Below are positions 62,408 through 64,000 of a stretch of 64,000 nucleotides of DNA, piece after piece (the first letter of the stretch is position 1; each line of letters starts with the position of its first letter). Below the pieces are notes generated by a model. That model saw nothing but the letters and a program-made list of their open reading frames with translations. It was not told where the DNA came from and made no database searches. Made by a program: the position numbers and the translations under genes. This DNA is from the human T2T-CHM13v2.0 reference genome, Homo sapiens, in assembly GCF_009914755.1 (NCBI RefSeq), contig NC_060947.1, one strand, 5' to 3'.

Positions 62408-64000
62408 TGATATGGTTTGGCTGTGCCCCCACCCAAATCTCATCTTGAGTTCCCATGTGTTCTGGGAACTCAAGAACTTCCATGTGTTGTGAGAACTGCC
62501 AGGCTGAGGTGGTTTCAGATGGCGATGAGGAACCTGTTGGGAACAGGAGCAAAGGTGACTCTTGTTATGTTTTAGCAAAGAGATCGGCAGCATTTTGTCC
62601 CTGCCCTAGAAATTTGTGGAGCTTTTAACTTGAGAGAGATGATTTAAGGTATCTGGTGGGAGAAATTTCTAGGCAGCAAAGCATTCAAGAGGTAACTTGG
62701 GTGCTGTAAATGGCATTCAATTTTAAAAGGGAAACACAGCATTAAATTTCAGAAAATTTACAGCCTGACAATGTGATAGAAAAGAAAATTCCCATTTTCT
62801 GAAAAGAAATTCAAGCTGGCTTTAGAAATTTGCATAAGTAAGGAGGAACCAACTGTTAATCACCAAGACAATGGGGAAAATGTTTTCAGGGCATGTCAGA
62901 GACCTTTGCAGCAGCCCTTCCCATCACAAGTCTGGAGGCCTAGGAGGAAAAAATGGTTTCATGGACTGGGCCCAGGGCCCCCCTGCTCTGTGCAATCTAG
63001 GGACTTGGTGCTCAGAATCCTGGAGACTCCAGCCATGGCTAAAATGGACCAAGGTACAGCTAGGGCTGTTGTTTCAGAGGGTGCAAGCCCTAAGCCTTGG
63101 CTGCTTCCACGTGGTGTTGAGCCTGCAAGTGCACAGAAGTCAAGAATTGGGGTTTGGGAACCTCCACCCGGATTTCAGAGGATGTATGGAAATTCCTGGA
63201 TGTCCAGAAAAATGTTTGCTTCAGGGGATGGAGAACCTCTGCTGGGGCAGTCCAGGAGGAAAATGTGGGTTGGAAGCCCCCACACAGAGTCCCTACTGGG
63301 GCACTGCCTAGTGGAGCTGTGAGAAGAGGGCCACCATCCTCCAGATCCCAGAATGGTAGATCCACTGACAGCTTGTATCGTGTGCCTGGAAAAGCTGCAG
63401 ACACTCAATGCCAGCAAGTGAGAGTAGCTGGGAGGGAGGCTGTACCCTGCAGTCTCACAGGGGTAGAGCTGCCCAAGACCATAGGAACACACCTCTTGCA
63501 TCAGCATGACCTGGATGTGAGATATGGAGTCAAGGGAGATCATTTTGGAGCTTTAAGATCTGACTGCCCCACTAGATTTTGGATTTGCTTGGGGCCTGTA
63601 GCCCTTTTGTTTTGTCCAATTTTTCCCATTTGGAATGGTTGTATTTACCCAATGCCCATACCCTCATTGTATCTAGGAAGTAACTAACTTGCTTGTGATT
63701 TTACAAGCTCATAGGTGAAAGGGACTTGCCTTGTCTCAAATGAGATGTTGGACTGTGGACTTTTGAGTTAATGCAGAAATGAGCTAAGACTTTGGGGGAC
63801 TGTTGGGAAGGCATGATTTGTTTTGAAATGTGAGGACATAAGATTTGGGAGAGGCCGGGGGTGGAATGATATGGCTTGGCTGTGTCCCCACCAAACTCTC
63901 ATGTTGAGTTCCCACATGTTGTGGGAGGGATCTGCTGGGAGGTAATTGAATCATGGGGGCAGGTCTTTCCCATGCTGTTTTCACAATAATGAATAAGTTT
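62408..64000 (+). mobile_element. THE1 (B/C-like) MaLR element: deleted 5' LTR, internal region about 62498-63866, 3' LTR from 63867 to window end
   Basis: TGATATGG(T/C)TTGGCTGTG at both LTR starts; THE1-int motifs; PPT GGGGGTGGAA. Confidence 0.93.
63943..63953 (+). promoter_or_regulatory. DUX4 motif TAATTGAATCA in THE1 3' LTR
   Basis: Matches the DUX4 site known from THE1 LTRs. Confidence 0.65.

Noticed and set aside
62871-63687. Overlapping 104-177 aa ORFs
   Set aside because: Remnants of the THE1 internal ORF and alternative frames in GC-richer sequence

Overview
Primate (most likely human) AT-rich genomic DNA dominated by transposable elements. I found no cellular protein-coding exon, RNA gene or CRISPR array, and nearly every ORF in the track is a retroelement fragment or noise. 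Main contents: (1) a near-complete HERV-L provirus (4823-11351, +; two MLT2A1-type LTRs, degraded gag/pro/RT/RNaseH/IN/dUTPase, no env) inside an old L1; (2) a rearranged old L1 cluster (14.5-23.1 kb) holding a 5'-truncated L1PA3-like copy (+), a truncated Alu and an MSTA LTR; (3) a 49-bp MER11 LTR remnant; (4) a young full-length L1 with ACG/A 3'UTR diagnostics (37229-43298, -; intact ORF1 and ORF0, ORF2 with two nonsense codons and no net frameshift) nested in a full-length L1PA7-like element (36843-49355); (5) L3/CR1, L1MA1-like and L1PA13-16-like elements, and a THE1 element running off the window end. I see no convincing new biological system. The best leads are an identical ORF2 nonsense mutation (E1024*) in two inverted L1s of different subfamilies (possible ectopic gene conversion), a snap-back repair scar in the THE1 5' LTR, the miniaturised MER11, and an extra G at the 5' end of the young L1. 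Subfamily names come from recall of consensus sequences, not a database run, and boundaries of old repeats are approximate.
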